NCBI GenBank assembly: GCA_038327865.1
Contig: JBBQLL010000012.1
Location: forward strand, 24,726 to 88,725
Length of the DNA stretch: 64,000 bases
Origin: Chitinophagales bacterium
GTDB taxonomy: Bacteria; Bacteroidota; Bacteroidia; Chitinophagales; Chitinophagaceae
Reading direction: 5' to 3'
The position numbers and the translations under genes are program-made. This document shows, piece by piece, positions 39,049 to 49,758 of this stretch (the first letter of the stretch is position 1; each line of letters begins with the position of its first letter). The notes below the pieces were generated by a model that saw only the letters and a program-made list of their open reading frames with translations, did not search any database and was not told where the DNA came from.

Positions 39049-39774
39049 ATGAAAAAAATAATCATTGTAATACTGACCATTACATTTTTTACAACAACTG
39101 CTACACAAGCACAAGGGCTAAAAGATTTAATAAATAAAGCAACAGGCAAATCAACTGTTATTGGCAATTTAACAAGCGATGAGGTTGGTAAAGGTCTAAA
39201 ACAAGCACTCAGTATTGGCGTAGAAAATGGTGCTGAAAAATTAGCAAATGTTGATGGCTTTTTAGGTAATGCTGCCGTTAAAATTTTGTTGCCACCAGAA
39301 GCACAAAAGGTTGAGCAAAAGCTACGTGCACTAGGCTTTAATAATCAGGTAGATGCAGCCGTTACTAGTTTGAATCGTGCGGCTGAAGATGCTGCAAAAA
39401 GTGCTGCGCCAATATTTGTAAATGCCATTACCAACATGAGTATTACTGATGCATTTGGGATTTTAAAAGGTAACGATAGTGCAGCTACTACCTATTTAAA
39501 AGGCAAAACTACCACCGCTTTAACAGTAGCATTTTCGCCTGTTATTGATTCATCTTTATCTAAAGTTGGTGCAATACAACTTTGGAATACTTTGTTTGCC
39601 AATTACAATAAAATTCCATTTATAAAAAAAGTTAACCCCGATTTAAAGGGCTACGTAACAGACCGTGCTTTATCTGGCATGTTTTACCAAGTGGCACAAG
39701 AGGAAGCAAAAATTCGTACAAACCCTGCGGCACAAACCACCGATTTGTTAAAGAAAGTATTTGGTAGTAAGTAA
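39049..39774 (+). CDS. DUF4197-domain protein
   Basis: Signal peptide; GLKQALSIG, DGFLGNAAVKILLP, LNRAAEDAA, EEAKIRTNP. Confidence 0.88.
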   Translation: MKKIIIVILTITFFTTTATQAQGLKDLINKATGKSTVIGNLTSDEVGKGLKQALSIGVENGAEKLANVDGFLGNAAVKILLPPEAQKVEQKLRALGFNNQVDAAVTSLNRAAEDAAKSAAPIFVNAITNMSITDAFGILKGNDSAATTYLKGKTTTALTVAFSPVIDSSLSKVGAIQLWNTLFANYNKIPFIKKVNPDLKGYVTDRALSGMFYQVAQEEAKIRTNPAAQTTDLLKKVFGSK

Positions 39775-39940
39775 AGGTTTTTTGTAACCAACGTTCAAAT
39801 TTCAATGTTGCATCGTTGCGTTGCACACAAAAGGTATACAATATTATTGCAGCAAGTGGTACTAATTTTATAATGAACAACGTAGTGGTTAGGCAAAAGT
39901 TGTAGCCCCCTTACCCATGTTGCTTTGTGGTTAAGAAAAA

Positions 39941-41575
39941 TTAGTTAGAGAAAATATCAAACTTGCTTTTAGGTCGCTGTGCATCTAACCATTTAAATTT
40001 TCGTAATCGTATTTCTTCGTGGTTTACTTGTCGCATAGGGTAGGCTATACCTTCTAAATTGTTACGCAATACTATTTTTTTCGGTTTAGCACCACCATCA
40101 GCCTTTTGTTCAAAATACATATCAATTACATCGCAAGTTGCTTTGTTTACTGCTATGTATTTATTTTGCTCGTCAAGGCCATAGTAAACAGTTTCGGCAT
40201 TGCCTTTTGCCCGTAAATTATCAACTTTGCCATTTATGAAATATCCATTTATTGTATTTCCTTTTATTTGATTATAGTATTTATCTGTCAACTTTTGGAT
40301 ACTCATGGCATTTTCAAAAACATATAATCTTTCAGGTTTTTTATTTTTTAGGAACATATAAATTGTGTCGCCTGTAATCTGATTTTCCTGTGCCCATGCA
40401 ATCGGATTTTTAAATAACCTAAATACAGAATCTTCGCCTGAATAAAATAAGCTATCACAAACAACTTGTAATGAATCTGAAAATATTTTTACATTATAAT
40501 AAGCTTCAAAATACCTATCCGCACTACTATCCTCAGCGTTTTTAGTAATAGTTGCTTTTGTTGTTATTACTGAATCTCTCACTACTGGTATCACTTTTGT
40601 TTTCATTAGCTCACTTAGTTTAGACGAAAACAGCGTATCAGCAGATATATAAATTGTGTCTTTTGGTTGTTTTATTAATAATATGGGCTTTTGGGTGGCT
40701 AATAAGGCATTGGTTTTTTTATTTGCTTTTATATTGCCCGCTATCAAATCGTAGGCTAAGCTGTCTTTACTTCGGTACACGGCATTGCCATCGTATTCAC
40801 TAAGGCCAGTTTTATCATCAAGGGCAATTTTATCAGCAGTAAATGTGTAGGCACTATCATCTATGATTGGTCGTTGATTAAAGTATGCTTTTTTGCTTTT
40901 GGTATCGTAGTAGCCATCTTTGGTTTTAATGGTTTGTTTGCCACTTACAATGGTTGAGGGTGCAACAATAGTGGTTATACCTGTATTGGTATTATATAAA
41001 AGTGTATCTGTTTTAACCGTAAACCCAGAATCTTTTAAAAAAACATTCTTTTTAAAATATACATCTTTTGTTTCGCCATAATAATAGCCTTCGGTACTTG
41101 TTAATACAGTTTTACCATTAACAACTTTGCCACCTTTATAATAAATACCAATTTTTGTCTGCTCATCATACACCAATTCTTCTGTAGTTAAAACGCCTTT
41201 ACCATCTGTTAGCTTTACTTTTTTATTTAGATAGGCTTTCTTCTCTTTACCTACATATTTTAGATATTGAGAATAAGTATTGATGCTATCATTATCATTA
41301 ATATGCACGTTACCAAAGGCTTCTAGAATATTGGTAAGCTGGTTAAGGGCAATACTATCTGCCTCAAAAATGGTTTTATCTTGTTGAACTTTGGCTTTAC
41401 CAACAAGCGATAAAACCTGTGTTACTGAATCAATTTGCTGAAAATTTTCTCTATCAGCACTAATAATCATAATCATTTTACCCTGCCTAGATGTATCTTT
41501 TGGCACTTGAGCAAATAAAGTAGCCGATGCTATTGTACCCAGCATCAAAACATAGAATCTTTTTAGAGAAATCAT
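39941..41575 (-). CDS. OstA-like (LptA/LptD-N beta-jellyroll) LPS transport protein
   Basis: Repeated jellyroll strands (ADSIAL, FGNVHIND, TDTLLYN, CDSLFY, GDTIYM), Bacteroidota OstA_2-like. Confidence 0.8.
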   Translation of the reverse strand: MISLKRFYVLMLGTIASATLFAQVPKDTSRQGKMIMIISADRENFQQIDSVTQVLSLVGKAKVQQDKTIFEADSIALNQLTNILEAFGNVHINDNDSINTYSQYLKYVGKEKKAYLNKKVKLTDGKGVLTTEELVYDEQTKIGIYYKGGKVVNGKTVLTSTEGYYYGETKDVYFKKNVFLKDSGFTVKTDTLLYNTNTGITTIVAPSTIVSGKQTIKTKDGYYDTKSKKAYFNQRPIIDDSAYTFTADKIALDDKTGLSEYDGNAVYRSKDSLAYDLIAGNIKANKKTNALLATQKPILLIKQPKDTIYISADTLFSSKLSELMKTKVIPVVRDSVITTKATITKNAEDSSADRYFEAYYNVKIFSDSLQVVCDSLFYSGEDSVFRLFKNPIAWAQENQITGDTIYMFLKNKKPERLYVFENAMSIQKLTDKYYNQIKGNTINGYFINGKVDNLRAKGNAETVYYGLDEQNKYIAVNKATCDVIDMYFEQKADGGAKPKKIVLRNNLEGIAYPMRQVNHEEIRLRKFKWLDAQRPKSKFDIFSN

Positions 41576-42579
41576 TTTTGAAATATTAGTGTATCATTAA
41601 GAGGTGCGGTTAATGGCTTACTCTTATCTTTTCCTCCAAACACAGAAATATTTACATAACGCTTGGGATGTGTTTTAAAATCATCCAATAAAATATTGGT
41701 ACTGCGCACAGTATTTAGCAGTTGATAATACAATTGTTTATCGTTCATTAATAATCCTAAAGTACCGTCTTTGCTACCTATTTTTTCAACCAAGCCATTC
41801 ATATTGTCAATGGCATTTTTTAGCGATGCAATGCTACCGTCAATATCAGCTTTAGATAAATTTTCTGTTGTTTTCTCAATGTTAGTCATCATTTTGGTAA
41901 CCTTCTCATTATTATCAGCTAAATTTTTGGTAAAGCTGCTTAGGTTTTTCATACTTTGGTTTATAGCGCTAGATTGTTGGTTCAACATTGCTTGTATAGA
42001 GCCTGCCGAAACAGCTAAACTTGCAGTGGTTTTATTTATGTTTGCCATGGTGTTTTGTAGATTTCCTTTAGTCTTCGAATCAAAAATAGAGTTCACGTTG
42101 TTCAACACGCTATCAAGACTGTGCATAGTTACCTTTAACTGGTCTGCAATAGGTGCAATTTTATCAGTAAGTGAACCGAATAAGCCTGCTTTATTACCAG
42201 TTATTAACGTATCCCCCGATTCTAAATATTTTGTATCATCACCCATCACAATTTCCATACTTGGGTTGCCTAATGGGTTTTCTTTAATAGCAGCTATAGA
42301 GTTGGCAGGTATATTATACTTACCTTTTAGTTTTATGGTAATAATAATGTCTCGTAAGTTAGCATCAGCATTTTCAATATCCGATACTGCACCCACTTGA
42401 AAGCCATTAATAAACACTGGGTTAGAAACCATAATCCCTTTAATATTGCTGTATTTGGCATATAAAAAATTACCCGTTTTAAATAAGCTTTTACCTTTTA
42501 AGAAATTAAATCCTAATATAAAAAGTGTAATCGCTACAGCCGCTAACACACCTACTTTAGTTTCGTTTGATATCTTCAT
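41572..42579 (-). CDS. MlaD/MCE family protein
   Basis: MKISNETKVG TM anchor, MCE domain (GIMVSNPVFINGFQVGAV), helical tail, GTLGLLMND...HPKRYV. Confidence 0.88.
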   Translation of the reverse strand: MKISNETKVGVLAAVAITLFILGFNFLKGKSLFKTGNFLYAKYSNIKGIMVSNPVFINGFQVGAVSDIENADANLRDIIITIKLKGKYNIPANSIAAIKENPLGNPSMEIVMGDDTKYLESGDTLITGNKAGLFGSLTDKIAPIADQLKVTMHSLDSVLNNVNSIFDSKTKGNLQNTMANINKTTASLAVSAGSIQAMLNQQSSAINQSMKNLSSFTKNLADNNEKVTKMMTNIEKTTENLSKADIDGSIASLKNAIDNMNGLVEKIGSKDGTLGLLMNDKQLYYQLLNTVRSTNILLDDFKTHPKRYVNISVFGGKDKSKPLTAPLNDTLIFQK

Positions 42580-42584
42580 GACTA

Positions 42585-42592
42585 CAAATTTA
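42585..42592 (-). promoter_or_regulatory. -7 element 5 nt from the mlaD ATG (leaderless-type)
   Basis: TAAATTTG-TAGTC-ATG on - strand. Confidence 0.55.
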
Positions 42593-42847
42593 GGGGGATT
42601 GTATCAACCTGTAAAAGCTGTTAACTAATTAAATAATCAATAACATATAATTTTTATATAATTAATGTCAAGACTACCTTTACGATGGCTTCTATTTTGT
42701 TATAAATTCTATTATTATTATTAAAGTGCGTGGGTAATTTAAATGTAATGATGCTCATGAAATTCTTGATTATCTAAATGGCAAATTTTAAATACATATC
42801 CATGTTTTTGAATTGGTTGTATCCTTAGTTAGCTTGTACGAAACCAA

Positions 42848-42855
42848 TATATTTG
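42848..42855 (+). promoter_or_regulatory. -7 element 5 nt from the holA ATG (leaderless-type)
   Basis: TATATTTG-TAGTC-ATG. Confidence 0.55.
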
Positions 42856-42860
42856 TAGTC

Positions 42861-43859
42861 ATGTCAGCCGAAAAAATTATTGCCGATTTTAAGCGAAAAA
42901 ACTTTAAGCCTATTTATTGGTTAGAAGGCGAAGAACCCTATTTTATTGATGAAGTAGTGGCTTATGCCGAGCATAAAATACTTACTGAAAGCGAAGCCAG
43001 TTTTAATTTAACCATTTTTTATGGCCGTGATGCTAACTGGGTCGATGTAATAAATGCTTGTAGACGTTATCCTATGTTTGCCGAGCGGCAGGTAGTATTG
43101 TTAAAGGAGGCACAGCATATGAAGGATATAGAGAAGCTGGAAGGCTACATTGATAACCCCTTAACATCAACCATTTTTGTAGTTAGTTATAAAGATAAAA
43201 AGGTAGATGGGCGTGGTAAATTGTCTAAAACCTTAAAGCAAAAAGGCGAGTTACTTTCTACCAAAAAACTATATGATAACCAGTTGCCAGAATGGGCCAA
43301 TCACATGATAAACCACCATGGGTTAACCATAGATCAAAGGGCAATGGCATTATTAGTAGACCATGTAGGTAACGATTTAAGTCGATTACAAAACGAGATT
43401 GAAAAACTAGCTGTAAACCTTGGTAACCGTAAAGCCATTAACGAAGATGATATTGAAAAATATATTGGGGTAAGTAAGGAGTTTAATGTGTTTGAACTAC
43501 AAGATGCTTTAGCCAAAAAGAACCTGCCAAAAGCCATACGCATCATCCATTATTTTGAGCAAAATCCCAAAGCAGCACCTATACAAATGATACTGCCAGC
43601 ATTGTATAATTTTTTCAGTAAAACTTATATGATTTTTGGTGTACCATCTAACAACGAAAAGGATATTGCCACTGCATTAGGCGTTAACCCTTACTTTATG
43701 AAAGATTATACGCAATGCGCCAAAAATTATGGTCAGCAAGGCATTGAACGTATTTTATTATTATTACACAGCTACAATCTGCGCAGTATTGGTATTAACA
43801 ATGGCAGCGCAGATGATGCTGCTTTAATGAAGGAATTGGTGGTAAAAATGATGAACTAA
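42861..43859 (+). CDS. holA: DNA polymerase III subunit delta
   Basis: PIYWLEGEEPYFID, FNLTIFYGRD, RRYPMFAERQVV, GVSKEFNVFELQ. Confidence 0.93.
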   Translation: MSAEKIIADFKRKNFKPIYWLEGEEPYFIDEVVAYAEHKILTESEASFNLTIFYGRDANWVDVINACRRYPMFAERQVVLLKEAQHMKDIEKLEGYIDNPLTSTIFVVSYKDKKVDGRGKLSKTLKQKGELLSTKKLYDNQLPEWANHMINHHGLTIDQRAMALLVDHVGNDLSRLQNEIEKLAVNLGNRKAINEDDIEKYIGVSKEFNVFELQDALAKKNLPKAIRIIHYFEQNPKAAPIQMILPALYNFFSKTYMIFGVPSNNEKDIATALGVNPYFMKDYTQCAKNYGQQGIERILLLLHSYNLRSIGINNGSADDAALMKELVVKMMN

Positions 43860-43923
43860 ATTCTGTCACCACAAAGTTAGATAGAAACATAAAAATAAGG
43901 TTATTTGTAAAAATACCATGTGT

Positions 43924-44355
43924 TTATTTGGTAGAATTTATACGTGCTAAATACCTATTTACTATTTCTACAATACTTGGGTAACTTTTAGTCAAATAAT
44001 TAGATAAATCTGCTATTGCAACCCATTTTATGTCGGTTATATCTTCTTCTGTTTGAGGTGTTAGAACTTGGTTGCTATTGGTTGTCATTAAATACCAATG
44101 GCTTTGTTTTATTACCTCTTTATTTAAGTATTTATCAAAGTACAAATGTTCAGTTATACCAATTAATTGATGCAGTTGCATTTGTTGCAAACCAGTTTCT
44201 TCCTGTATTTCTCTTACAGCACAAGCTTCTATTGTTTCGCCAGCATCTAATTTGCCTTTTGGTAAATCCCAGAAACCTCGTCTAAATATCATTAACAATT
44301 CATCGTTTTCATTAAATACCAAACCACCACCAGCAACAATTATTTGTTTTTCCAT
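43924..44355 (-). CDS. NUDIX hydrolase
   Basis: Nudix box GKLDAGETIEACAVREIQEETG. Confidence 0.9.
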   Translation of the reverse strand: MEKQIIVAGGGLVFNENDELLMIFRRGFWDLPKGKLDAGETIEACAVREIQEETGLQQMQLHQLIGITEHLYFDKYLNKEVIKQSHWYLMTTNSNQVLTPQTEEDITDIKWVAIADLSNYLTKSYPSIVEIVNRYLARINSTK

Positions 44356-44484
44356 TGGGTAAAAATAGTTGTAAAACTGAAGCTACAATAATCAAGGTTC
44401 AAGGGTTCAAGCTTTTTGCTTGTTTTCTTTGTTCTTGTTGCTTGCTCATTAGCCCTGTATTTCAAATCCTTTTATCTTCGTTGC

Positions 44485-45120
44485 ATGACAAATGAAAAAG
44501 CTGTTGCTGAAAAATTATTACAAGTGCAAGCGGTAAAATTGAGTCCAGACAAGCCTTTTACATGGGCAAGTGGGTGGCAAAGTCCTATTTATTGCGACAA
44601 CCGAAAAGTGCTGTCATTCCCATTTGTGAGGGATTTTATTAAAAGCGAATTATGCAATGTTATTTTTGAAAAATATCCCGATGCAGATATGCTAGCAGGG
44701 GTGGCCACAGCAGGTATTGCATGGGGTGCTATGGCTGCGGATCAGCTGAAATTGCCATATATGTATGTGCGTCCTAAACCAAAGGAACATGGTTTGGGCA
44801 ATCAAATTGAAGGGCATTTTGAAGTTGGACAAAAAGTAGTAGTAATAGAAGATTTAATTTCTACTGGTAAAAGTAGTTTGCAAGTGGTAGAGGTGTTGCG
44901 TAATGCTGGCTTAGAGGTAATTGCGATGGTTAGTATTTTTAACTATGGTTTTACAATTGCTGAAGAAGCTTTTGCTGCTGCTAATGTATCTTACACATCA
45001 TTAAGTAATTATCAAACATTAATTGGTATTGCGGTTGAGAAAAAATTGGTTTCTGCCGAAACGGAGCAATTATTGCTACAATGGCGTAATAATCCTTCTG
45101 AATGGCAGGTTGGTGTTTAA
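44485..45120 (+). CDS. pyrE: Orotate phosphoribosyltransferase
   Basis: FTWASGWQSPIYCDNR, VRPKPKEHG, VVIEDLISTGKS; upstream TATCTTCG -7 variant. Confidence 0.95.
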   Translation: MTNEKAVAEKLLQVQAVKLSPDKPFTWASGWQSPIYCDNRKVLSFPFVRDFIKSELCNVIFEKYPDADMLAGVATAGIAWGAMAADQLKLPYMYVRPKPKEHGLGNQIEGHFEVGQKVVVIEDLISTGKSSLQVVEVLRNAGLEVIAMVSIFNYGFTIAEEAFAAANVSYTSLSNYQTLIGIAVEKKLVSAETEQLLLQWRNNPSEWQVGV

Positions 45121-45151
45121 GTTTATGTTTAGTTCAGTTGAAATGTAACAA

Positions 45152-45559
45152 ATGAAAAAAATAGTTTTTATTGTACTTTTAGTATTAGGTGGTTCAAAAA
45201 TTAATGCACAAGTAATGGCTGCAAAAGCTAAAACCGTGGTTATTAAATCGGCTAACTTGCGTTGTTGGGTATGTAAAGAAAAACTAGAGGCGTATTTGGT
45301 GAGAGAAAATGAAGACAATATGCAAAGTGGCATGTTAAAAAGAACGTATAATTTAATGGCTGGCGAGGTGAGGGTACAATATTTATCAGATCGTGTATCG
45401 GTTGACGCTATTAAAACTGCACTAAACAATGCAGGCTTTGATGCGGATAGTACTTTAGCAACACCAGAATCATACATGCAATTACCACCAATTTGTAAGC
45501 GTAAAGAAGATGGTGGTGGCCCACAAAAAGGTAAGCCTTGCCATATTGAACCTTATTAG
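45152..45559 (+). CDS. Exported heavy-metal-associated (HMA-like) domain protein
   Basis: Signal peptide; LRCWVCKEKLE CxxC; 'IKTALNNAGFDAD...YMQLPPICK' tail. Confidence 0.6.
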   Translation: MKKIVFIVLLVLGGSKINAQVMAAKAKTVVIKSANLRCWVCKEKLEAYLVRENEDNMQSGMLKRTYNLMAGEVRVQYLSDRVSVDAIKTALNNAGFDADSTLATPESYMQLPPICKRKEDGGGPQKGKPCHIEPY

Positions 45560-45582
45560 TAAATATTAAAAAATATACTTAC

Positions 45583-45617
45583 AAAAATCCCAGTTGCAAC
45601 ATACAACTGGGATTTTT
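45583..45617. terminator. Bidirectional terminator
   Basis: AAAAATCCCAGTTG / CAACTGGGATTTTT between convergent genes. Confidence 0.8.
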
Positions 45618-45652
45618 TACAATTATCTTTTACAAAATAGTGGAGAAAGCAA

Positions 45653-48091
45653 TTACTTCTTTTCAATTTGCATTTTAATAATACCTTTATTTGGTTTAAT
45701 ATATTGCTGATATTTTTGCATTATATCCTCAGACATTTCAGTACCATTTATGGTAAGTTTATTATTTTTCATTTCAACTTTCACATCATCACCTTTTACT
45801 AAGCCATCTTTTCTTAAGGCAGCAATTAATGATTCTAAATTATTGCCATCGGCTGTAAGCGTAAGATTTTTGGTTGTACTACTGTCAGTAATTTTTTCAT
45901 CAATAACTCTAACTTCAATTTTCTTTACCATATTACCAAGAATAGCTGCATCAGTTTTATGCATTTGTGCCAATGATGGCGCAATTACCAATGAAACAAT
46001 AGACATCAATTTAATTAATATGTTCATTGATGGTCCTGAGGTATCTTTAAAAGGATCACCAACGGTATCGCCAGTTACAGAAGCTTTATGGGGTTCAGAT
46101 TTTTTGTAAAACATTTCGCCATTTATCTCAACACCTTTTTCAAAGCTTTTTTTAGCATTATCCCAAGCACCACCAGCATTATTTTGAAAAATTCCCATTA
46201 ATACACCACTTACAGTTGCACCAGCTAAAAAGCCACCTAAAGCTTCGGGGCCTAAAATAAAGCCAACTAACAAAGGCGAAATAATGGTAATTGCACCTGG
46301 TAACATCATCTTCTTCAATGATGCTTCGGTAGAAATTGCCACACATTTATCATATTCTGGTTTGCCTGTCCCTTCCATAATACCAGGAATGGTTCTAAAT
46401 TGTCTGCGAACTTCCTCTACCATTGCCATAGCTGCTTCACCAACTGCACGAATGGCTAAAGATGAGAAAATAAATGGTATCATACCACCAACAAATAAAG
46501 CTGCTAAAACATCAGCTTTATAAATATCAATATGTTGATTATTTGGCATAGCAATACCTACAAAAGCTGCAAACAAAGCCAAAGACGTTAATGCAGCCGA
46601 AGCAATGGCAAAACCTTTACCACTTGCAGCAGTTGTATTACCAACAGCATCTAAAATATCGGTTTTTTCACGAATTTCTGGAGGTAATTCACTCATTTCA
46701 GCAATACCACCAGCATTGTCAGCAATTGGGCCAAAAGCGTCAATGGCTAATTGCATACCCGTTGTAGCCATCATACCTGCTGCGGCAATGGCCACACCAT
46801 ATAAACCTGCACAAGCAAAAGAACCATAAATACCACCAGCTAAAACAAGTATTGGTAAAAATGTACTTTCCATACCTACAGCTAAACCACCGATAATATT
46901 AGTAGCATGACCAGTAGCAGATTGGCGAATAATACTCATTACAGGACGTTTGCCCATTGCAGTATAATATTCAGTAATAACACTCATTAACGTACCAACT
47001 ATTAAACCAACAGCTATAGCACCCAAAACACCATTACGGCTAAATTGGTAGCTACGTAGCATTAATGTTTCTGGTAAAATATATGTAACTATAAAGTAGC
47101 AAGCAACAGCAGTTAGAACCATACAGCCATAATTGCCCATGTTTAGTGCCTTTTGAACTGCATGTGTGCTAATACCAGCAGAATCGCTAATTCGTACAAA
47201 AAAAGTACCGATAATAGATAATATAATACCCACGCCAGCAATAACCATGGGTAATAAAATAGGTGAAAGGCCACCAAAATTATCTATTAATGTAGCGCCA
47301 TTTACACCTGTAACTTCTTGACCTAAAACCATTGTAGCTAATACTGTAGCCACATAGCTGCCAAATAAATCTGCTCCCATACCAGCTACATCACCTACAT
47401 TATCACCCACATTATCTGCAATGGTTGCAGGATTACGTGGGTCATCTTCTGGAATACCAGCCTCAACTTTACCAACTAAATCTGCACCTACATCGGCTGC
47501 TTTTGTATAAATGCCACCACCAACTCTTGCAAACAAGGCAATACTTTCTGCACCTAATGAGAAGCCGGTTAATACTTCTATAGTTCTTAACATGCCTGCT
47601 GCATCACCAGTTGGGGCAAAAAAATGTTTTAATATTAAAAATAAACTACCTAACCCTAAAACTGCTAACCCTGAAACACCTAACCCCATAACAGCACCAC
47701 CTGTAAACGATACGTGCAATGCTTTTGCTAAACTTGTTTTTGCTGCATGTGCTGTACGAACGTTGGCTTTAGTAGCCACCTTCATACCAATATAACCTGC
47801 AGTAGCACTAAAAACAGCACCAATTATAAACGCAATAGCAATGCTCCAATGGCTGCCTTCATTTTTTGTAGCCATAAAGCCTAATAACAAAGCAACTATT
47901 ACTACAAAATAGCCCAAAATTTTCCATTCGGCTTTTAAAAATGCCATAGCACCTTCAGCGATATAGGTGCTTATTTCCTTCATTCTTTCATTACCAGCTT
48001 CTTGTTTAGATACCCAATTAAATTTAATCAATGTGTACAACAAACCCACAATACCCATGGCTGGTACGGCATAGAAAAGCAAAGTGTTCAT
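45653..48091 (-). CDS. hppA: Membrane-integral ion-translocating pyrophosphatase, K+-dependent type
   Basis: [61 protein letters not shown]. Confidence 0.95.
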   Translation of the reverse strand: MNTLLFYAVPAMGIVGLLYTLIKFNWVSKQEAGNERMKEISTYIAEGAMAFLKAEWKILGYFVVIVALLLGFMATKNEGSHWSIAIAFIIGAVFSATAGYIGMKVATKANVRTAHAAKTSLAKALHVSFTGGAVMGLGVSGLAVLGLGSLFLILKHFFAPTGDAAGMLRTIEVLTGFSLGAESIALFARVGGGIYTKAADVGADLVGKVEAGIPEDDPRNPATIADNVGDNVGDVAGMGADLFGSYVATVLATMVLGQEVTGVNGATLIDNFGGLSPILLPMVIAGVGIILSIIGTFFVRISDSAGISTHAVQKALNMGNYGCMVLTAVACYFIVTYILPETLMLRSYQFSRNGVLGAIAVGLIVGTLMSVITEYYTAMGKRPVMSIIRQSATGHATNIIGGLAVGMESTFLPILVLAGGIYGSFACAGLYGVAIAAAGMMATTGMQLAIDAFGPIADNAGGIAEMSELPPEIREKTDILDAVGNTTAASGKGFAIASAALTSLALFAAFVGIAMPNNQHIDIYKADVLAALFVGGMIPFIFSSLAIRAVGEAAMAMVEEVRRQFRTIPGIMEGTGKPEYDKCVAISTEASLKKMMLPGAITIISPLLVGFILGPEALGGFLAGATVSGVLMGIFQNNAGGAWDNAKKSFEKGVEINGEMFYKKSEPHKASVTGDTVGDPFKDTSGPSMNILIKLMSIVSLVIAPSLAQMHKTDAAILGNMVKKIEVRVIDEKITDSSTTKNLTLTADGNNLESLIAALRKDGLVKGDDVKVEMKNNKLTINGTEMSEDIMQKYQQYIKPNKGIIKMQIEKK

Positions 48092-48350
48092 AAGCAAATT
48101 TTCTTTTTAGAATTTTTAATTTTAAGGTTGCCAAAAATAGGGTAAACGGTTTACAATTGAATAGCAATATGCAATCGTTTAGGAAAAATGTTTATTGCGT
48201 TGCTAAAAAGGAAAACAATGACCCTCAGGCGGCCGATGCGCATAAAGTTCTTCTATCAAAGATTTTTTAATAGAAATTGGGTATGGTAATGATACTAGCT
48301 ATTCTGTTGTATTAGGTGTAACGCTTTGTGGCTCGGAAAATAAGTTACAG

Positions 48351-49568
48351 TTACTCTATTGTTTTGGTGGTATCTGCAATGCCAGTAAATACAGAGGACA
48401 TTTTACTGGCTTTATAAATATTGGTATTGAATTTATTACCTGTAATAATGATGGTGGCTGTATCTTTTACCAAACGAGAGAAAACTGCGTTATTGCCATG
48501 CCACCAACCATTGTGATACACAATTGTACCTTCTGGTTTTTCAATAAGTCGCCAGCCAAGACCATAATTATGTTCGCCACGTTTTTCGTTACTATAGCCT
48601 GTAAATGCCATTTCTAAACTTTTAGGACTAACAAAATTACCAACATATAAGGCTTTGTCCCACTGCAATAAATCTCTAACAGTGCTGTAAACATTTTTAT
48701 CGCCATACACACAGTCTAATTTTTCAAATTTAAAGGGTGCCCAATTTGGTTGGTAAGATGGGTGATAATTGGCAACATCTTTTAAACTAAAAACAAAACT
48801 ACTTTTCATGCCTAAAGGTATAAAGACACTGTCCATCATATAACGTGGAAAATCAATAGCAGTAACCTTTTCAATTATTAAAGCTAACAATGCAAAATTG
48901 GTGTTGCAATAGTGGAAAAAGCGGTTGGGACTACCTTCAATGGCAGGCTTTTTATCAATCATATATTGTAGCACATCCTTATTAGTAGCAATACCAACAA
49001 AACCAGTGGTCCTACTTTTTATAACACGTTTTACACTGATAGTTTTACCTTTTTTATTCTTTTTTCTAATTATTTCTACCGTGCTACCACCTTCCATAAA
49101 GTGCACATAATTTGGCAAGCCGCTGCGGTGAGATAATAAATTTTTAATGGTAATATTCTCGTAAGGAAAAGCTGGTAAATATTTTCGTACATCATCATTT
49201 ATATTTAATTTACCTTGTTCCATTAAACGCAAAACAACCATTGCTGTAAATGTTTTTGACGTAGATGCAATATGAAATGGCGTTAAAGCAGTAATACTAT
49301 CCTTACGTTTATAATCGTACCAACCATGATAATTTTCAAATATAATCTCACCATTTTTAGCTACTAAAATACCGCCGTTGAAACCTTTCTGCAATAGCAT
49401 TGTTTGGTATAAGGGCTCAATTAAACTTGCATAATATTCTTTTTCTTTTGGAGTAATTGGGGCAAATGTTACAGACTTTATAACTAGTTTAGGAGGGGTA
49501 TTTTTTGGGGTATTGCTACAAGCTAATATTAAACAAGTTATAAAAGGAATAAACTTCAATTTTTGCAT
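48351..49568 (-). CDS. Serine hydrolase, beta-lactamase/class C-like lipoprotein
   Basis: Lipobox ILAC; SxxK (STSK), LSHRSGL, YCN, HNG motifs. Confidence 0.85.
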   Translation of the reverse strand: MQKLKFIPFITCLILACSNTPKNTPPKLVIKSVTFAPITPKEKEYYASLIEPLYQTMLLQKGFNGGILVAKNGEIIFENYHGWYDYKRKDSITALTPFHIASTSKTFTAMVVLRLMEQGKLNINDDVRKYLPAFPYENITIKNLLSHRSGLPNYVHFMEGGSTVEIIRKKNKKGKTISVKRVIKSRTTGFVGIATNKDVLQYMIDKKPAIEGSPNRFFHYCNTNFALLALIIEKVTAIDFPRYMMDSVFIPLGMKSSFVFSLKDVANYHPSYQPNWAPFKFEKLDCVYGDKNVYSTVRDLLQWDKALYVGNFVSPKSLEMAFTGYSNEKRGEHNYGLGWRLIEKPEGTIVYHNGWWHGNNAVFSRLVKDTATIIITGNKFNTNIYKASKMSSVFTGIADTTKTIE

Positions 49569-49758
49569 AGAGTACATATTCAACAATAGCAAATATAGGG
49601 TTACATGTATATAAAGCTATCCCAAAATGCTAGTTTATACTTTTAAAGTATTTGAAGCTTTGTGTTACAAAGATAAAAAAATGTGATATGAAATATTAGA
49701 ATAGCAATTACAAACTTGATTAAACAATTGCATATATAAAATACTAAAAATTATATTG

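Noticed and set aside
48180-48345. Coding-like fragment (PISIKKSLIEELYAHRPPEGHCF) between hppA and the serine hydrolase
   Set aside because: Too short, no start codon, no family recognised
48351-49568. Antibiotic-resistance beta-lactamase
   Set aside because: SxxK/YxN serine hydrolase lipoproteins are common Bacteroidota housekeeping enzymes; nothing indicates resistance or mobility
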